Both the position numbers and the translations under genes were made by a program. The notes beneath the pieces were generated by a model that searched no databases, was not told where the DNA came from, and saw only the letters and a program-made list of their open reading frames with translations. Below are positions 38,846 to 54,213 of a stretch of DNA of 64,000 bases, piece by piece. The number at the start of each line of letters is the position of its first letter. The first letter of the stretch is position 1. The stretch lies in NCBI GenBank assembly GCA_964016885.1, contig OZ024743.1:341992001-342056000 (forward strand), in the 5' to 3' direction. The DNA is from Eledone cirrhosa (taxonomy: Eukaryota).

Positions 38846-39571
38846 ATATTTATATTTGCGTGCGCGAGTCTTTGTGTGTGTGCTTGTGTGTGTATGTGCG
38901 TGTATGTGTGCGTGTATATGTTAATGTGACATTTGTGTATACTTAAAATCATTAAACCTGGAAATGCACATAATAATTACATTAGAATAGAATTTGTTAT
39001 GACAAAAAAATGTCTTCGGTTTTGGCATATATCGATAAATTTCTATTTATTTTGATGTGTATATATTCATTATCTCTGTAAATATCTTATTCCCCAAAAT
39101 ACACTTCTTTAAATGGTTAGCTTAAGATTTCCGTTCGAAAATTATAACAAGCTTAAGTTGCTTCCCTAATGGGCCCTTAATACCATTGTATTCCATTTTC
39201 ACAAATTCCATTGTAATGTCTTTTAGCCACGTATTTAACCTACTCAGTCTGAACTCCTACACACTGCTGGGATCAACTTAATAACGTTCTAAATATCCAT
39301 TTTACATATCTACAAATTGATCGTGTTCTACATTTATAGGAACTTCTTTACCGTCGCATTGATTCTTTGCCAAAAGCATGTTGAGCCTAAGAATATTAAA
39401 ACCCTACAGACCTTCAGAAATCATGGACTGACAAAGCCGCTTACACTCGAAACAAGATTCTCGTTCAAGTGTCTCTTTATGTGTGTTCATATATATATAT
39501 TATATATATATAAGGACGGTGCCCGAGCATGGCCTCAGTCGGATGGCTAGGACATGTAAAGAAGTAAAATA

Positions 39572-39613
<42 letters not shown>

Positions 39614-39616
<3 letters not shown>

Positions 39617-40333
39617 TATGTATACGTACATACATATATGTATACAGACGTACAGTAGTATGTACATACATGCACACACATATATATGTACGTATGGATT
39701 TACCGAACATTTATTATAATGCTCGGTGTGTTTGTAAACAAACATCCCGTATTAAGCCGTAGTGTCTAGCAACCATCGTTGCCCTTTTGTTCAACACTGA
39801 CAAAGGAACGATGTACTAGTTTCAAGCTTATTAGCTATCGTCAGCACCGTATACCTACCCGCCAGATGATCGAACGTCTCTAAGTATATACTTACCTTAT
39901 GCCTATTAACGGCTGAGCAGCCTAATTTGCATATCGAGTGAGTTAATCGGCCGGGCGCACCGAAAACGATAAATGGAAAAAATGAAACGAAATTTCATTT
40001 CTCACTCTTAGTACGGCTGTTACTTAAATATAAGTATGTATACGTACATACATATATGTACACAGACGTACAGTAGTATGTACATACATGCATACATATA
40101 TATATGTACGTATGGATTTACCGAGCATTTATTATAATGCTCGGTTTGTTTGTAAACAAACATCCCGAATTAAGCTGGACAGTGTTTAGAAATCCATAGT
40201 ACATATATATATGTATGCATGTATGTACATACTACTGTACGTCTGTATACATATATTTATGTACGTATACATACTTTTATTTAAATAACAGCCGTACTAA
40301 GAGTGAGAAATTAAATTTCGTTTCATTTTTTCC

Positions 40334-40337
<4 letters not shown>
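39614..40337 (-). mobile_element. Non-coding retrozyme/pLTR-like element: 419-bp period with about 144-bp terminal redundancy, plus inverted 5' segment
   Basis: 39614-39757 matches 40033-40175, and 40190-40337 is the reverse complement of about 39969-40098. Internal hammerhead, TA flanks. Confidence 0.8.
39808..39850 (-). ncRNA. Minimal type I hammerhead
   Basis: acggtg CTGACGA t-agct aata agct-t GAAAC ta GTA catcgt. Palindromic stem III ACTAGT. Confidence 0.85.
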
Positions 40338-40368
<31 letters not shown>

Positions 40369-40410
40369 AGCGGTGCCCTAGCATGGCCTCAGCCGGATGG
40401 CTGGAACAGA

Positions 40411-40720
40411 TATTTCAGAGCACCAATCCTAATTATTAATTTTTGCTGGACCGGCAATCGCTCTTTATAATCAGTTTCTGGTTATTACTGGAATTCTATA
40501 AGAATCCAGCCTCTATAATTTTCGGCAAACGTGGGGGAGTACGTTGCTCTGAGGATCATCAACAGTGTAAAACAGAATCTGTCAGCTTCTCTCCCTGCCT
40601 TTGCCGAAAAAAGAAGTAAGTGACTTTAAAAACGATAGCGCAATGTCTTCAAAATGTTTTTAATTAAACATACGGTATATTGTATTGCCAAATATACTAT
40701 ACATACATTCATGTATACAT
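40411..40720 (+). mobile_element. pLTR-like repeat (family of 8360-8650) with decayed hammerhead 40546-40586
   Basis: gct CTGAGGA ... AAAAC agaatct GTC agc. Distal helix TTCGGCAAA/TTTGCCGAA. Confidence 0.7.
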
Positions 40721-40741
40721 CGCTATTTCAGAGCACCAATC

Positions 40742-40775
<34 letters not shown>

Positions 40776-41483
40776 TGTGTGTGTGTATGTGAGTGTGCTC
40801 GTGTGTGTGTGCATGTCTGTATATATATGTGAAATTTCTGCTTCGTTAGAACACCACACCGTATAGAATGGTTTGCCCCCTCTCTTTCACCCTTCCGCAC
40901 GCGTGGTTCAAATTCAGCCAAGTTCAACATATATATCAAGAGAAAGGTCAAGGCAAACGTGGAGTATCACGCTTCGGAGGAAGTAGATGAGGGTTTAACT
41001 TCTCGGTAATAAATTCTTCCTGAGGAAATAGATAATCCAGGTGGGAAGGAAAATGTTGGAACTTCAGGTTTGGAAAAAGAAGCAAAAGCAAAGGGAAAGA
41101 ATCCAGCTGTGTCAAGGGTGTTGTTAAGTGTGTACAGATGGGGTTTATTTCATAGTTGTGCATTATTGTTTCTTTCTGTATGTATGTGTATGGTTTTGGT
41201 ATCTTTGGTAGAAGTGCGCGTGCGTGCAACTGGATGTTTTATGTAGTTTTTTTTGTGTGCACGTGTGTATATTTTTATGAGTGTTTACGTGAGTATTGTT
41301 TATGTGTGCACGGTTGTATGTGTGTTTATAAAAGTATGTGTCTGTGAATCATTTGTGGGGTTTTTTTTTGTGTGCATGTGGGTGCACATAAGTGGGTTTG
41401 TGTTTATTTATCTGTGAGTTTTTAGTAGTTTTTCTGTGCATGCGCATGTGCATATTAGTGTATACTTTTGTTTGTGTGTGTGT

Positions 41484-41577
<94 letters not shown>

Positions 41578-42464
41578 ATGTATGAGTGTGTGTATGTGTA
41601 TATCTACGTGTGGGTCTGGGATTAATTTGTATTGTTTGTGACTGTATGTTTGTGTTTGTGTTTGTGTATACGCGTGAGTGTCTGAATTCTTTTGCTTTTT
41701 GTGTGCGTGTGTGTACATATAAGTGTGGGGTGTGTATTTTTCATGTATGGATATGTTTGTATATGTATGTGTATGAGCATGTGCGTGTATGGAAATATAC
41801 ACGTGTATGTCGGAATTTGTTAATGCTTATTTGTGTATGTATGTGTGTTTCTGTGGATTCTACAGGCATACCATATATACATACACGTACGCCCGTCCAG
41901 GTACATATATATACACCTGCACGTGCACGTGCATGTGTATACGCCTTGGTAGAGCTTTTCTTGGGAGTGTACGTCTGTGTAAATGCCCTGGCCCGTCGTG
42001 TGTATTTCAGGAAGTATTCAGAAGAACGGAAGTGATATGGGATGGTAGCTGTAGTGGCAGTGGGTGTGTTGAGTGGGTGTGCTTATCTGTCAGTGTGTGT
42101 GTGTGTGATAATGATCGATTAGTTACTTAGTACCGTTACTGGTATTAAATATGTATCAAGGTCGTATTGGTGTAAGTATTTAATTAGTTGTGTTAGTGGA
42201 TGTGGGTGTGTTGGTGAAACAATAGTCCTAGCTCCTAGTGTGTTGGGGTGAGAATGGGTCTAGATCTCTTAGCTCAATATCTGGATGACTAACAGGTATC
42301 TGAGAGATACAAGGTTCGAGTCATCTTAGCGGCCGCTATATCTATATTTTCCATCTCTTAGGCATTCTACCTTATTTTATAACAACTTACTGTATTTGCA
42401 GTTATTGTATGTGGTTGAGAACCCTACATTTTCTAAAAGGTCGACCTTCACACGCGATATTTGT

Positions 42465-43165
42465 TTATATATAAGAGACAGAATTATAGTATACAAAGGA
42501 ACCAAGGAGAAGTATAAGACCCTCATAGAACTGAAACATGAAAGGAATTTGCCCATTATACAGGAGCAAATCTTGGAATAGCTTTGATAGGACTAAACAT
42601 AAGATAGGGAAAGCCACCTCATGGTACAACAACCAGAGATACCAGAGTGTCATGTTCGTGGGCGCTACCCCTGGAGGGAAATTAACTAACCAGTGTAGAA
42701 AGGCCCTGAGAAAAACCCACTTAAAGAATAAAGTGGTAGAAAAGCCAGGAACTACCATAAAATCCTGATAAGCTAAGCATACCCTTTTAAGAAAACCCAC
42801 TGTACTAATAGGAAATGTATTATATGTAAAGTAAACCCCCGGATAAACTGTAAACTAGAAACGTAGTCTATAGCATCAGATGTACAGAGGGTACTTGCAG
42901 AAACATGACAACAACATACATAGGCGAGACAGCTCGTAGCATAGGATAAAGATAGACCAAAACTGGGGGGAACTAAAAGGACGAAAAAACGGTTCAGTAC
43001 TATACGAACACGCCAGACAACTACATGACGGTAACATAGACAACATAGAAATTAAAATAATATCTGAACATAGAAATGGACCAGCAAATAGGCAAATCAA
43101 AGGGGCAAGTGAAATAGAACATAGAAGACCAAAGCTAAACAGAAAAAATGAATGGAATAACAACA
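42465..43165 (+). pseudogene. Decayed PLE C-terminal region (Nematis-like linker + GIY-YIG)
   Basis: PLYRSKSW, VMFVGATPGGKL, KVVEKPGTTIKS, CTNRKCIIC...NC, NVVYSIRCTEGTC, YIGETARS, QIKGASEIEHRRPKLNRKNEW. Confidence 0.75.
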
Positions 43166-43370
43166 CTCAAACAAACAATACTGACTTAAGCGAAATATAA
43201 GTAAATAAATAAATAAATATAAACACAAGCACAATAACAACAAACACATATAAACACACACTAGTAAACTAAGATAGAATACAATAACCAAAACACAGTC
43301 ACCCAAACGGGAATACACACCAAACACTATACACACATGCAAACGCATGCGCAGAGAAGACAAAAATAAA

Positions 43371-43910
43371 TCTATATATATAAAACTGAGGTTGTCTGTC
43401 TGTCTATCGATTTTTGGCACACATCTCCTCTTAGAATCTCTCACGGAATTGCACCGAAATTGCTATACTTGTACATTGAGCCCTAGCGAAGACATCGGAA
43501 AAAAAATATTTCAAATTCACCCGCCCTATCTGACGAAATCGAATATAATGTATCGATTTTTGAGCGTAAGTGATCAGTTATTTCCCTTTGTTCTGTTTAC
43601 ATTGAGCGTCTGCGTGCAAAAATTAAAAAAATTACGCTGGCTTTCTCAGCGTTTAAAATGACATTAACACAATACACACAATATTTTTACTTGAAAACAA
43701 GTCTATTTAAAGACTACGTAAAACAAGCAAATATTTCGTAAAAAAAAGCAAAAATTATATAAGTTTATTTAAAATATATGTATCTGTAAATTTCGTTAAG
43801 CGTGCAGACAGACAGTCGTGCAGACAGACTTTAAGCCAAAAAAGAAACTTAACATTGTAACTTTAACACAGCTACTGAGCGACCCGAGCAACGCCGGGCT
43901 TTACTGCTAG
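43371..43910 (+). mobile_element. Non-autonomous Helitron
   Basis: Inserted between A and T. 5' TC(TATATATAAAA), subterminal GC-rich hairpin CCCGAGCAACGCCGGG, 3' CTAG, no TSD. Confidence 0.85.
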
Positions 43911-44324
43911 TAAATTGATAAAATAAAAATGGTGTAGATATACAATACAACAGGAAGAACATAATAGTACCACTGATAATATTGCAGATGTGCTGCGAAA
44001 GAACTTTGTTAGACTATATATATGTGTTTATATTTATATTATATCTGTATTTTTGACCGTTGGTCAGTCAATGGTAAAGATGGAGGACGGAATGAAGTTA
44101 CTGTGGAGATATACAAGATACAGAAGAGAAAAACCAACCAAACAGTGAGTGTGTTCTGCTATTAATTCAGGCAATATTATTACAACAATATGACCCACCC
44201 CAAGTACTACAAAATATATATATATATATATATTCTAGTCGATCGACTTTCGTCAAATCGGACCGAGGAAACTATGTTTCCGTTGGTCTTTCCAATTGCT
44301 AATACTATCTATCGGTCGCAACTC

Positions 44325-44450
44325 CAGGTAGAAGGAGCAACGTGAAATAAAGTGTCTTGCTCAAGGACATAACGCATCGCCTGGTTCAGGAATCGAACTC
44401 ACAACCTCACGATTGTGAATCCAATACTCTAACCACTCAGCCACACGCCT

Positions 44451-44453
<3 letters not shown>
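44325..44453 (-). mobile_element. SINE family 2, 5' part
   Basis: A box TGGCTGAGTGG, B box GAGTTCGATTCC, then TGTCCTTGAGCAAGACACTT. Confidence 0.85.
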
Positions 44454-44518
<65 letters not shown>

Positions 44519-44847
44519 CGTGTGTGTGTATGTGTGTGTGTGAATGTAATTGCGTCTGTGTGAGAGTTTGCCCTCACGTATGTATAACAGTTAAACTATT
44601 ATCTTACCTCACTATAAATAACATAAAGTTGTTCAAAGGGCAACCAGTGAATATGTTCCGTTCAATCAATCCCAAATATACATTTACGTAATAATACCAA
44701 CGAATACACAGCAGCAACATCTGAGACGCCAGCAATACATAGAAACATATATACATGCATACATACACTATACATACATACATTCATTTATACATATATA
44801 CATATAGACATACATCTATTTATCTCACTCTTACCCTCTCCTTCTAT

Positions 44848-44901
<54 letters not shown>

Positions 44902-44904
44902 GTA

Positions 44905-45024
<120 letters not shown>

Positions 45025-45218
45025 CATATATATTTATATATGTATATATACACTAATACAATGCGTTGATGCTTCTTTCAAGTAAGTCATTCATGATTGA
45101 CAAAGAATGTATCCAGGATCTGGAAATAGTTATGTATGCTGAAACACATATATATATATACACATTCATTCGAGCACAGTACTATACAAATAGCTTCATT
45201 TAAATATATAACGCTTTC

Positions 45219-45311
<93 letters not shown>

Positions 45312-45468
45312 GTAACTGAAAGGCACAATATTCTTTCATTTGTATACGTTGGTTATAATAACAAATTTAGCCCGGTTCATGTGATAACTGCTTTGAAAAT
45401 TCTACACTCAACTCTTTATGCTATATAATGCAAAGATGACACAAAGAGTAATATAACAATTGTGTATA

Positions 45469-45593
<125 letters not shown>

Positions 45594-46445
45594 TTGTCTG
45601 TGCATCGTTGTGTGTATATATATAAAGAGCGGTATAACAAGAAAGAGGGATGGTATAGACCGAAAGATTGATGTGCAATGCAGAGATGTGAGTTGTTCAT
45701 AAATGTAGTTGCTTAATAGTTACTTAATTCATAAACTACAATAAGATATAGAAATAGAGCGATTATATATTCTTCTCAATATCCCATTTTGTTCTACGCT
45801 ATGCAATATATTGTTATACAATGTATGAGATGTGAGTGTTTTATGAATGTTTTTAAAACAGATTTTAAATATACTAGGAATGGGAATTGTATGTGTTACC
45901 TATATGTTATAAATATATTATGAATGTGTCTTGTACACGTTTTGCATATTTTATGAATACGTTTTCAATGTTATGAAAATGTTTTGAATAAATTATGAAA
46001 GTATTGTGTTCTTTTTCTGTTTCTTCATTCACTTTTGCTGTTCTTGTTTAGTCTTGCTGTTTTCCTGTTAATTCGGTGTCGAAAGAACAATGTCCATTAC
46101 ACCACTTGTATCATCCGAACATCGTGGAAGGAAAGAGGGAGGCAGCAGTTCGACCTATCGTTTCGTGCGTCAATCATTGACGCATATACTTAATATATGA
46201 GAAACAGACTGTCTGTCGGCCGCTCTCTGTTGTTTTTGCCGAGAAGTAAGTGACTATGTCACTTCTCCGCAAAATAGCGAACGGCAATTCATAACGAATG
46301 GTCCTCTAATGATTTTAATTAAACATACAGTATATTGCCAAATAGACTATACATACATTCGTATATATATATATACGGAAACATCTCTTTCTTAGAGCTA
46401 TTTTTTTGTAAGAGACTATTTTGAGTTTCTAACTCAATATATACC

Positions 46446-46501
<56 letters not shown>

Positions 46502-46519
46502 GCATATATATATATACGA

Positions 46520-46639
<120 letters not shown>

Positions 46640-46867
46640 TGGTGGTGCTGAGACTTGGGAGACTACTAATCATGGAAGTACTCAGTGGATGGTGAGATGC
46701 AGAGTGGGTATAAGATATGTAAAATCCAAAAGATTTTTAATCCTCCTCTCTCTCTGTTTATCTCTCTTTCTAGCTCTCCCCCTCACTCCCTCTCTCTCTC
46801 TCTGTCTCTCTTTCTCCATATCTCTCTTTCTCTCTCTCTCTCTCTATCTCTCTCCCTCTCTCTCTCT

Positions 46868-48285
<1,418 letters not shown>

Positions 48286-48529
48286 GACATATATAGCAAT
48301 AAGGCTGATTTTCTCAGCAGCAGTAACGGTGGTGGTAGTTGTTCTGGCGACGATAACAAGGATGATGATGATGCTGATGATAAATATCACCATCCTCATC
48401 ATCATCATCCTGTGAATAGTGGTGATTGGGTTAATGTTGGAGAGAGAAGATTCTGAAATTAAGCGAAACATTACATTTATTTCCAATTACCATGTTCTCA
48501 AGTTATATATCTAATGAGAATATGAAACT

Positions 48530-50300
48530 GCCTTGGACCACTACACCAGAGCCTCTTCTTTTCGGTAAGCCTGTCCACTCTCAGGAAGAAAGAGGGTGGA
48601 ATACATTCCATAACTGTGGGCACTGTCTCCCGGAGGCTGGTTGCCAAGGTGATCTGTAGGTCCATTCATCCGAACTGGGCTAGAATCTCAGTGCGGTGCA
48701 ACTAGGGAGCGGTGTGTGCGGTGGTTGTGAACAGGCCGCACATGTAGATAGGCAGTTGTTCAACAGCTGCCCACCGGAACCGGTGCCAGCGTCCTCATAG
48801 TCAAGCTTGACATGAGGAATGCCTTTAAATGCCTACGCCGAGACCATCTACTTGAGGCCTGCCTCAGTCTAGCGCCCTTGCTCACCCTCTGGCCTACATG
48901 TCATATGGAGTCCCGATCATGCTCCTAGTTGCTGACACGGTCATACCATCGGCCACTGGGGTTCAGCAGGGTGAGCCTTTGAACTCCCTCATATTTTCCC
49001 TCGGGATAGACCACATTGCTCGGAACACCCCTTTCAACATTACGCGGGCTCGTGGAGACTGTTTCCTATAACATGCGATCCGTGGTTCCCGCTCTGTTAA
49101 GAACCGGCCTCGAGGTCAACTCGCCCATATCGGAGATTGTGAATGTCAACCACGATGCAGAGGGCTTTGCAGCCTCCGTGTCGGACGTGCGATCTATTCT
49201 CCACCAGATGCAGGTAACATCAAATATAAGTTTCTCATACCCCTGGAGACGCCAAATTGCCACGTGATGCTTCGATCACACACCATTGGCGCTGCATCAT
49301 CAGACAACATATTATGCAATAAGGTTAAGTTCCTATGCATTACAATGGAACAGATCGATATGGTTATTTTCACTTCCCTGAGGTTCGCCTCCGGATCTGA
49401 GGGCCACACAAATGCACCTGTGTATCCACCATAGATTCTTTCAGCCTCCATCCCATGTCTCTCGCTACTGTGGCGCCCACCTTCCACGCCGTGCAAGTCA
49501 TAAAGCATGGCTTGAATCCTACAGGCTTCCTCGCCCAAGTCGAGCCGGCGGTGCTGAACCGAGGGGACAGCAAACGGCCCAGCTGTAATGTGGTAGTGGC
49601 GGTGGGGGGTGGGGTGCATGGATACAGTGGTTGTGATGTGGTGTGGTGGTAGGGGCAATGATACAGTGGCTCTGATGTGGTGTGGTGGTGTGGTGGGGGA
49701 AATGATACAGAGGCTGTAGTGTGATGAGGTGGGGGTGTAATGATACAATGGCTGTGATGTGGTGGTGGTGTGGAGGGAGCAGTCCTGTTCCTACTGTGAC
49801 GCTCAGATTCCACGGCGTGCAAGTCATAAAGCATGGCTTGAATCCTACAGGCTTCTTCCCCCAAGTCGAGCCGGCGGTGCTGGACCGATGGGACGGCAAA
49901 CGGCCCAACGCATGACCTTCTTCGCGTTTCGTGGTAGTAATCCACTTATCTGGGATGCCACATGCATCGACGCATTCTCCAGGGGAAACCTGGTGCAGTC
50001 TGCGATTGACCCAAGCTCTGCTGCACTTCGTGTTGAGGAAAGTAAACTCTCCAAATATCGGTTGCTCTCCGACAGGTTTTCGGTCGAGCTTGAAGCAGGA
50101 GAGACTTCTGGCGTTCTTAGGCCAAGGATAACCTCCCTACTCACCAGTGTCTGCACAGAGTTGGTTACCCACAGGTCTGAGCCTAACGAGGTGGAATGGC
50201 TCTTCCATCGCGTCTCTCCAACGACCCCCCGGGGAAACACGTTCTCTATTGTCTCCGCCGTGCCCGCGTGGGGGCCAGCTTGTGGCGACCCATTTGCTTA
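48530..50300 (+). pseudogene. Decayed CRE-clade non-LTR retrotransposon (RT + restriction-like endonuclease)
   Basis: KKEGGIHSITVGTVSRRLVAK, QLGSGVCGGCE, KLDMRNAF, TGVQQGEPL, DGKRPN, LIWDATCID, EESKLSKY, ETSG, WLFHRVS...RGN. Confidence 0.8.
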
Positions 50301-51347
50301 AAACAGTGAGAGATGGGGAGAGCGGGAGAGACAGAGGCAGTCGCAGTGGAAGATTTGTTCTATTGTGTTCGGATTTGGTGTATATCTATATATTTATTTA
50401 TCACAACACATTAATACTAAATGTTATTCTGTCATTCATTGTGAATGGAGCCGTCAAACTCATTTATCTGATAAGCATTGAAATTCTGTAAGTTATCCAA
50501 CAGTTGGAACCTTCCATATTTATCAATTTATGGTAAACAATTCTTTATTTTCCTTCACTTTACAACTTTCATCGATATTCTTTTTGTTTGTTTTTTTTTC
50601 ATTAGATATTTAATAAGTAAATAGGCATTCGTCATTGTTGCTACCACGTTTGTTTTTGCTTTAGATTTACCGTTGCTCTTTTTGAGGCGTGCTGTGAAAG
50701 CAATTATTTATAGACAATTAAGAATTAAATCTAAAGTAGTTATATTTACATTATTTATATATATTTTCAGTATTTTACGTTTTATTTTGGAAATAAATAT
50801 AATAAAGCGAAATAAAAATTAACAAAAATGTTTGCTCATACAAATACATTCATCTACACAACAACAACAACAATCTGCCTTTTATAGACAATGATATATA
50901 TATATATATTTTTTTTAATTCTCTCAGTTATTGAACAAAACTGGTGAAGGAGGGACACCACATATATATATATGTGTGTGTTTATACTTATATATCTACA
51001 TGTATTTATATATCTTATTAATTTGCCCCAACTCCATTATGGTTCAGTAAACCTTAGGCGATATTGTCTGGTTCTTCTAGCAGATATATTACTCACCAAC
51101 CGTCCAGCCTTATTCACCCTACTGTGACCGTTATACCACGTGAAAATTCTCGACACCCGAAAATTTTACATTGGTAGCGGTCAATTCAGAAATTCATCCT
51201 TTTATTGATTGATAAACCGACAGCCTCACAACGCTAGTGCAATTTAATTGCACACTGGCTTGGCTGCATACCAGTCGGCGACGCTATACAGTTGGGACTT
51301 TGAAGAAAAAAATTAGGAATATTTTGTGTATTAGATCTTCACATTTA

Positions 51348-51424
<77 letters not shown>

Positions 51425-52059
51425 GTAGGTCCCGGGTTGAGTCGGGGATAACCACAGTAAGTAAGGTACTCAATACATGGCAGAGTAAAATTTTTTTATT
51501 TTATAGAAGGAGCTTCTACAGGACTAGTACTGTTTCATTCAGATGAAATCTTCAGGAAGCTGGGTGTCATATTAAGTTCTGGTATTTATACATTTAGGTA
51601 GTGGCAAGGGAGGGTGGTGGATGGGGGGGGGGGGGTATTTAGATACACAGGACCACTACATGGCACAGGCCGTTTTTTCTATGGGGAGTGGTCAATTAGC
51701 CAGAGTGCTTTTTTGAAATAAATAAATAAGTAAATAAATAAATAAATAAATGAATAAATAAATAGATAAATGAATAAATAAATTAAATAAATAAAGAAAT
51801 AAATAAAAAATAAATAAATAAAAACCCCAAGAATAGTAATTCAACAGATATATAGTAGGGAAATTTTTTAGGTGGGTTGGTAATAGAAATTAAGCATTTA
51901 ACAAGACCGAATCATGGCACAGACTGGGGTGAGTGGTCAAGTTAACATACAAGCCACAGGTGGCCAGAGTGTTTTAGTAGGATGGAAAGAATAAAATATA
52001 TTTACATACTCACAACCACATACAAAAACACTTACACACACACATACATATATACTTAC

Positions 52060-52096
<37 letters not shown>

Positions 52097-53435
52097 CACA
52101 CACACACACATGTGTGCGCATACACATATACACACACACACACACACACTGCACACACATACATACACACACACACACAAACACATACATTCACACATAA
52201 ATATACATATATACACATACACACACACATACATATATATACGCACATACATACACACGCATACACATTTACAAGCAAACACGCATACATACAAATACGT
52301 ACACAAACGCATATGCACAAACACGCACTCGTTCGCACTCATACATGTGTCTATAATATAAAGGTAGTGGGACAAATTTTAAATTTTAAATTTTAAACTG
52401 GGCCTGATAGAGGATTAAAATAATTAATGTCACTATTAAGTTATTAATAGTATCATCAAGTAATTAATTACTATTTATTATTTATTACTTACTATTTACC
52501 ATTCACTATTCGTTACCTATCTTTTATCCTATATCTAATACCTAATCATTCACTCATAAATAAATTAATAAATAAATGAAAGAGTTAACTAACAAACGAA
52601 CAAACAAACAAATAAACCAGTATATAAGCAAATAAATAAACAAGTAAATAAATAAATGGATAAATAAATAAATAAATAAGTAAATAAAGTAACTAAATAA
52701 ATAAATAAATAAATAACTAAATAAATATACAAGTTAAATAGATAAATAAATCATGAACGTGTGCGTGCAGCAGTTCATAACTGCACGTATACAAACATGA
52801 GCAGGTATATACGTGAATTTGTGTGTGCGGCCACGGAACTTTACTCAGAGGCATGCAACACAATATATAAGACCTGGAGGGGAGGAAAGAAGGTAATAAT
52901 GAGAGATAGAGGGGAGGAAAGAGGGTAATAATGAGAGATGGAGGGACGGAAATGGGAAGGGGGGCTGAATTGGGGGGGGGGTGATATGAGGGGGGGTCAT
53001 TCGGGGGGCCGGGGAGGTCTGTAGTTTTTGTAATTTGCATAGTTCTTGTGCATGCAATTAGGGGAGTGTTCCGAGATCTTGTTGAGGAGAGGGCCTTTGG
53101 CGAATAGAATCTCATAGCTCTCGGAGATACAGAGGTCACAGCAATTATGGCCTCCCGTGTATGATCGCGCTCTCTGGAGTAGTCTCCATTGGGTCTTGAA
53201 GGGGATGGAGTTCCTTTTTAGGTGCCAGATGTGGCTAATTGACCACTCCCCATAGAAAAAACGGCCCGTGCCATGTAGTGGTCCTGTGTATCTAAATACC
53301 CCCCCCCCCATCCACCACCCTCCCTTGCCACTACCTAAATGTATAAATACCAGAACTTAATATGACACCAAGCTTCCTGAAGATTTCATCTGAATGAAAC
53401 AGTACTAGTCCTGTAGAAGCTCCTTCTATAAAATA

Positions 53436-53440
<5 letters not shown>
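51425..53440 (-). mobile_element. 5'-truncated PLE: GIY-YIG C-terminus (53000-53235), 3' UTR, pLTR + tail (51425-51702) and inverted pLTR (53232-53440)
   Basis: SHIWHLK..W.LL...SY....CDLCISE..EI...LLN..SE...C.H matches ORF 4941-5342. Hammerheads at 51511-51561 (-) and 53371-53421 (+): agcttc CTGAAGA tttcatctgaat GAAAC ag..ct GTA gaagct. Confidence 0.88.
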
Positions 53441-53476
<36 letters not shown>

Positions 53477-53946
53477 ATATAAACTAATATATATGATGAA
53501 ACACAAATACCAACATATCTGTATTTATATTGCAAAAGAGAATTTAGCCAGAATGAAGTATACTAATTATAATATTACAGTTTGTCCATATCGATTTAAA
53601 ATAATAAATCAACAAAGACGAACTGTATTGCCAAATGGCAATGATGTTTAGACACATTTAAATTTCAAAATCAAACCTGTTCCGTAGATAAGTTTAAACT
53701 TTAAAATCCAAATATGTTTCGAGATGAAAAAGTGTAAGGAATATCATGTCCTGCTCTCTTCAGTAAACATCCATAAATAATTTAAATAATTTAAAAGACT
53801 GTAACGCACATGGTTCCCAGTTTCTAGCTAGCCTCATAACCGTACTGCTAGAAATAACAGCCGTATACACGGCTCAGAAATATTTCTTTCTTTGAGCTAA
53901 TTTCATTGTAAAAGAATTCATTACACTTAATATATATATATATATT

Positions 53947-54156
53947 TATTTATTAAAATAACAGATTAAAGTTTAAGCAAAGAATCGCTGTTTTCACCCT
54001 TAACGAGATCTTCCGTTAAGGGCGAAAGCAGCGATTCTTTGCTTAAACTTTAATCTGTTATTTTAATAAATATTTGCTATAGGGCTCTTATATATTTGAT
54101 ATATATTTATCCTTATCGAGTCCTCTTTGGATTTTAGTCTTCACATTTATTCATAC

Positions 54157-54160
<4 letters not shown>
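53947..54160 (+). mobile_element. Small fold-back: 59-bp arms (53947-54005 / 54014-54072) plus tail shared with 10965-11070
   Basis: Near-perfect hairpin with an 8-nt loop. TATATATTTATCCTTATCGAG.CCTCTTTG.ATTTTAGTCTTC tail at both loci. Confidence 0.75.

Positions 54161-54213
<53 letters not shown>

Noticed and set aside
43969-44010. CTGATAA...gcag/ctgc GAAAGAAC downstream of the Nematis-like fragment
   Set aside because: Mismatched C3-A8 core, extra bases and a weak stem I; a plausible relic but not counted.
44380-44453. tRNA gene
   Set aside because: A and B boxes run directly into a SINE body; this is a SINE head.
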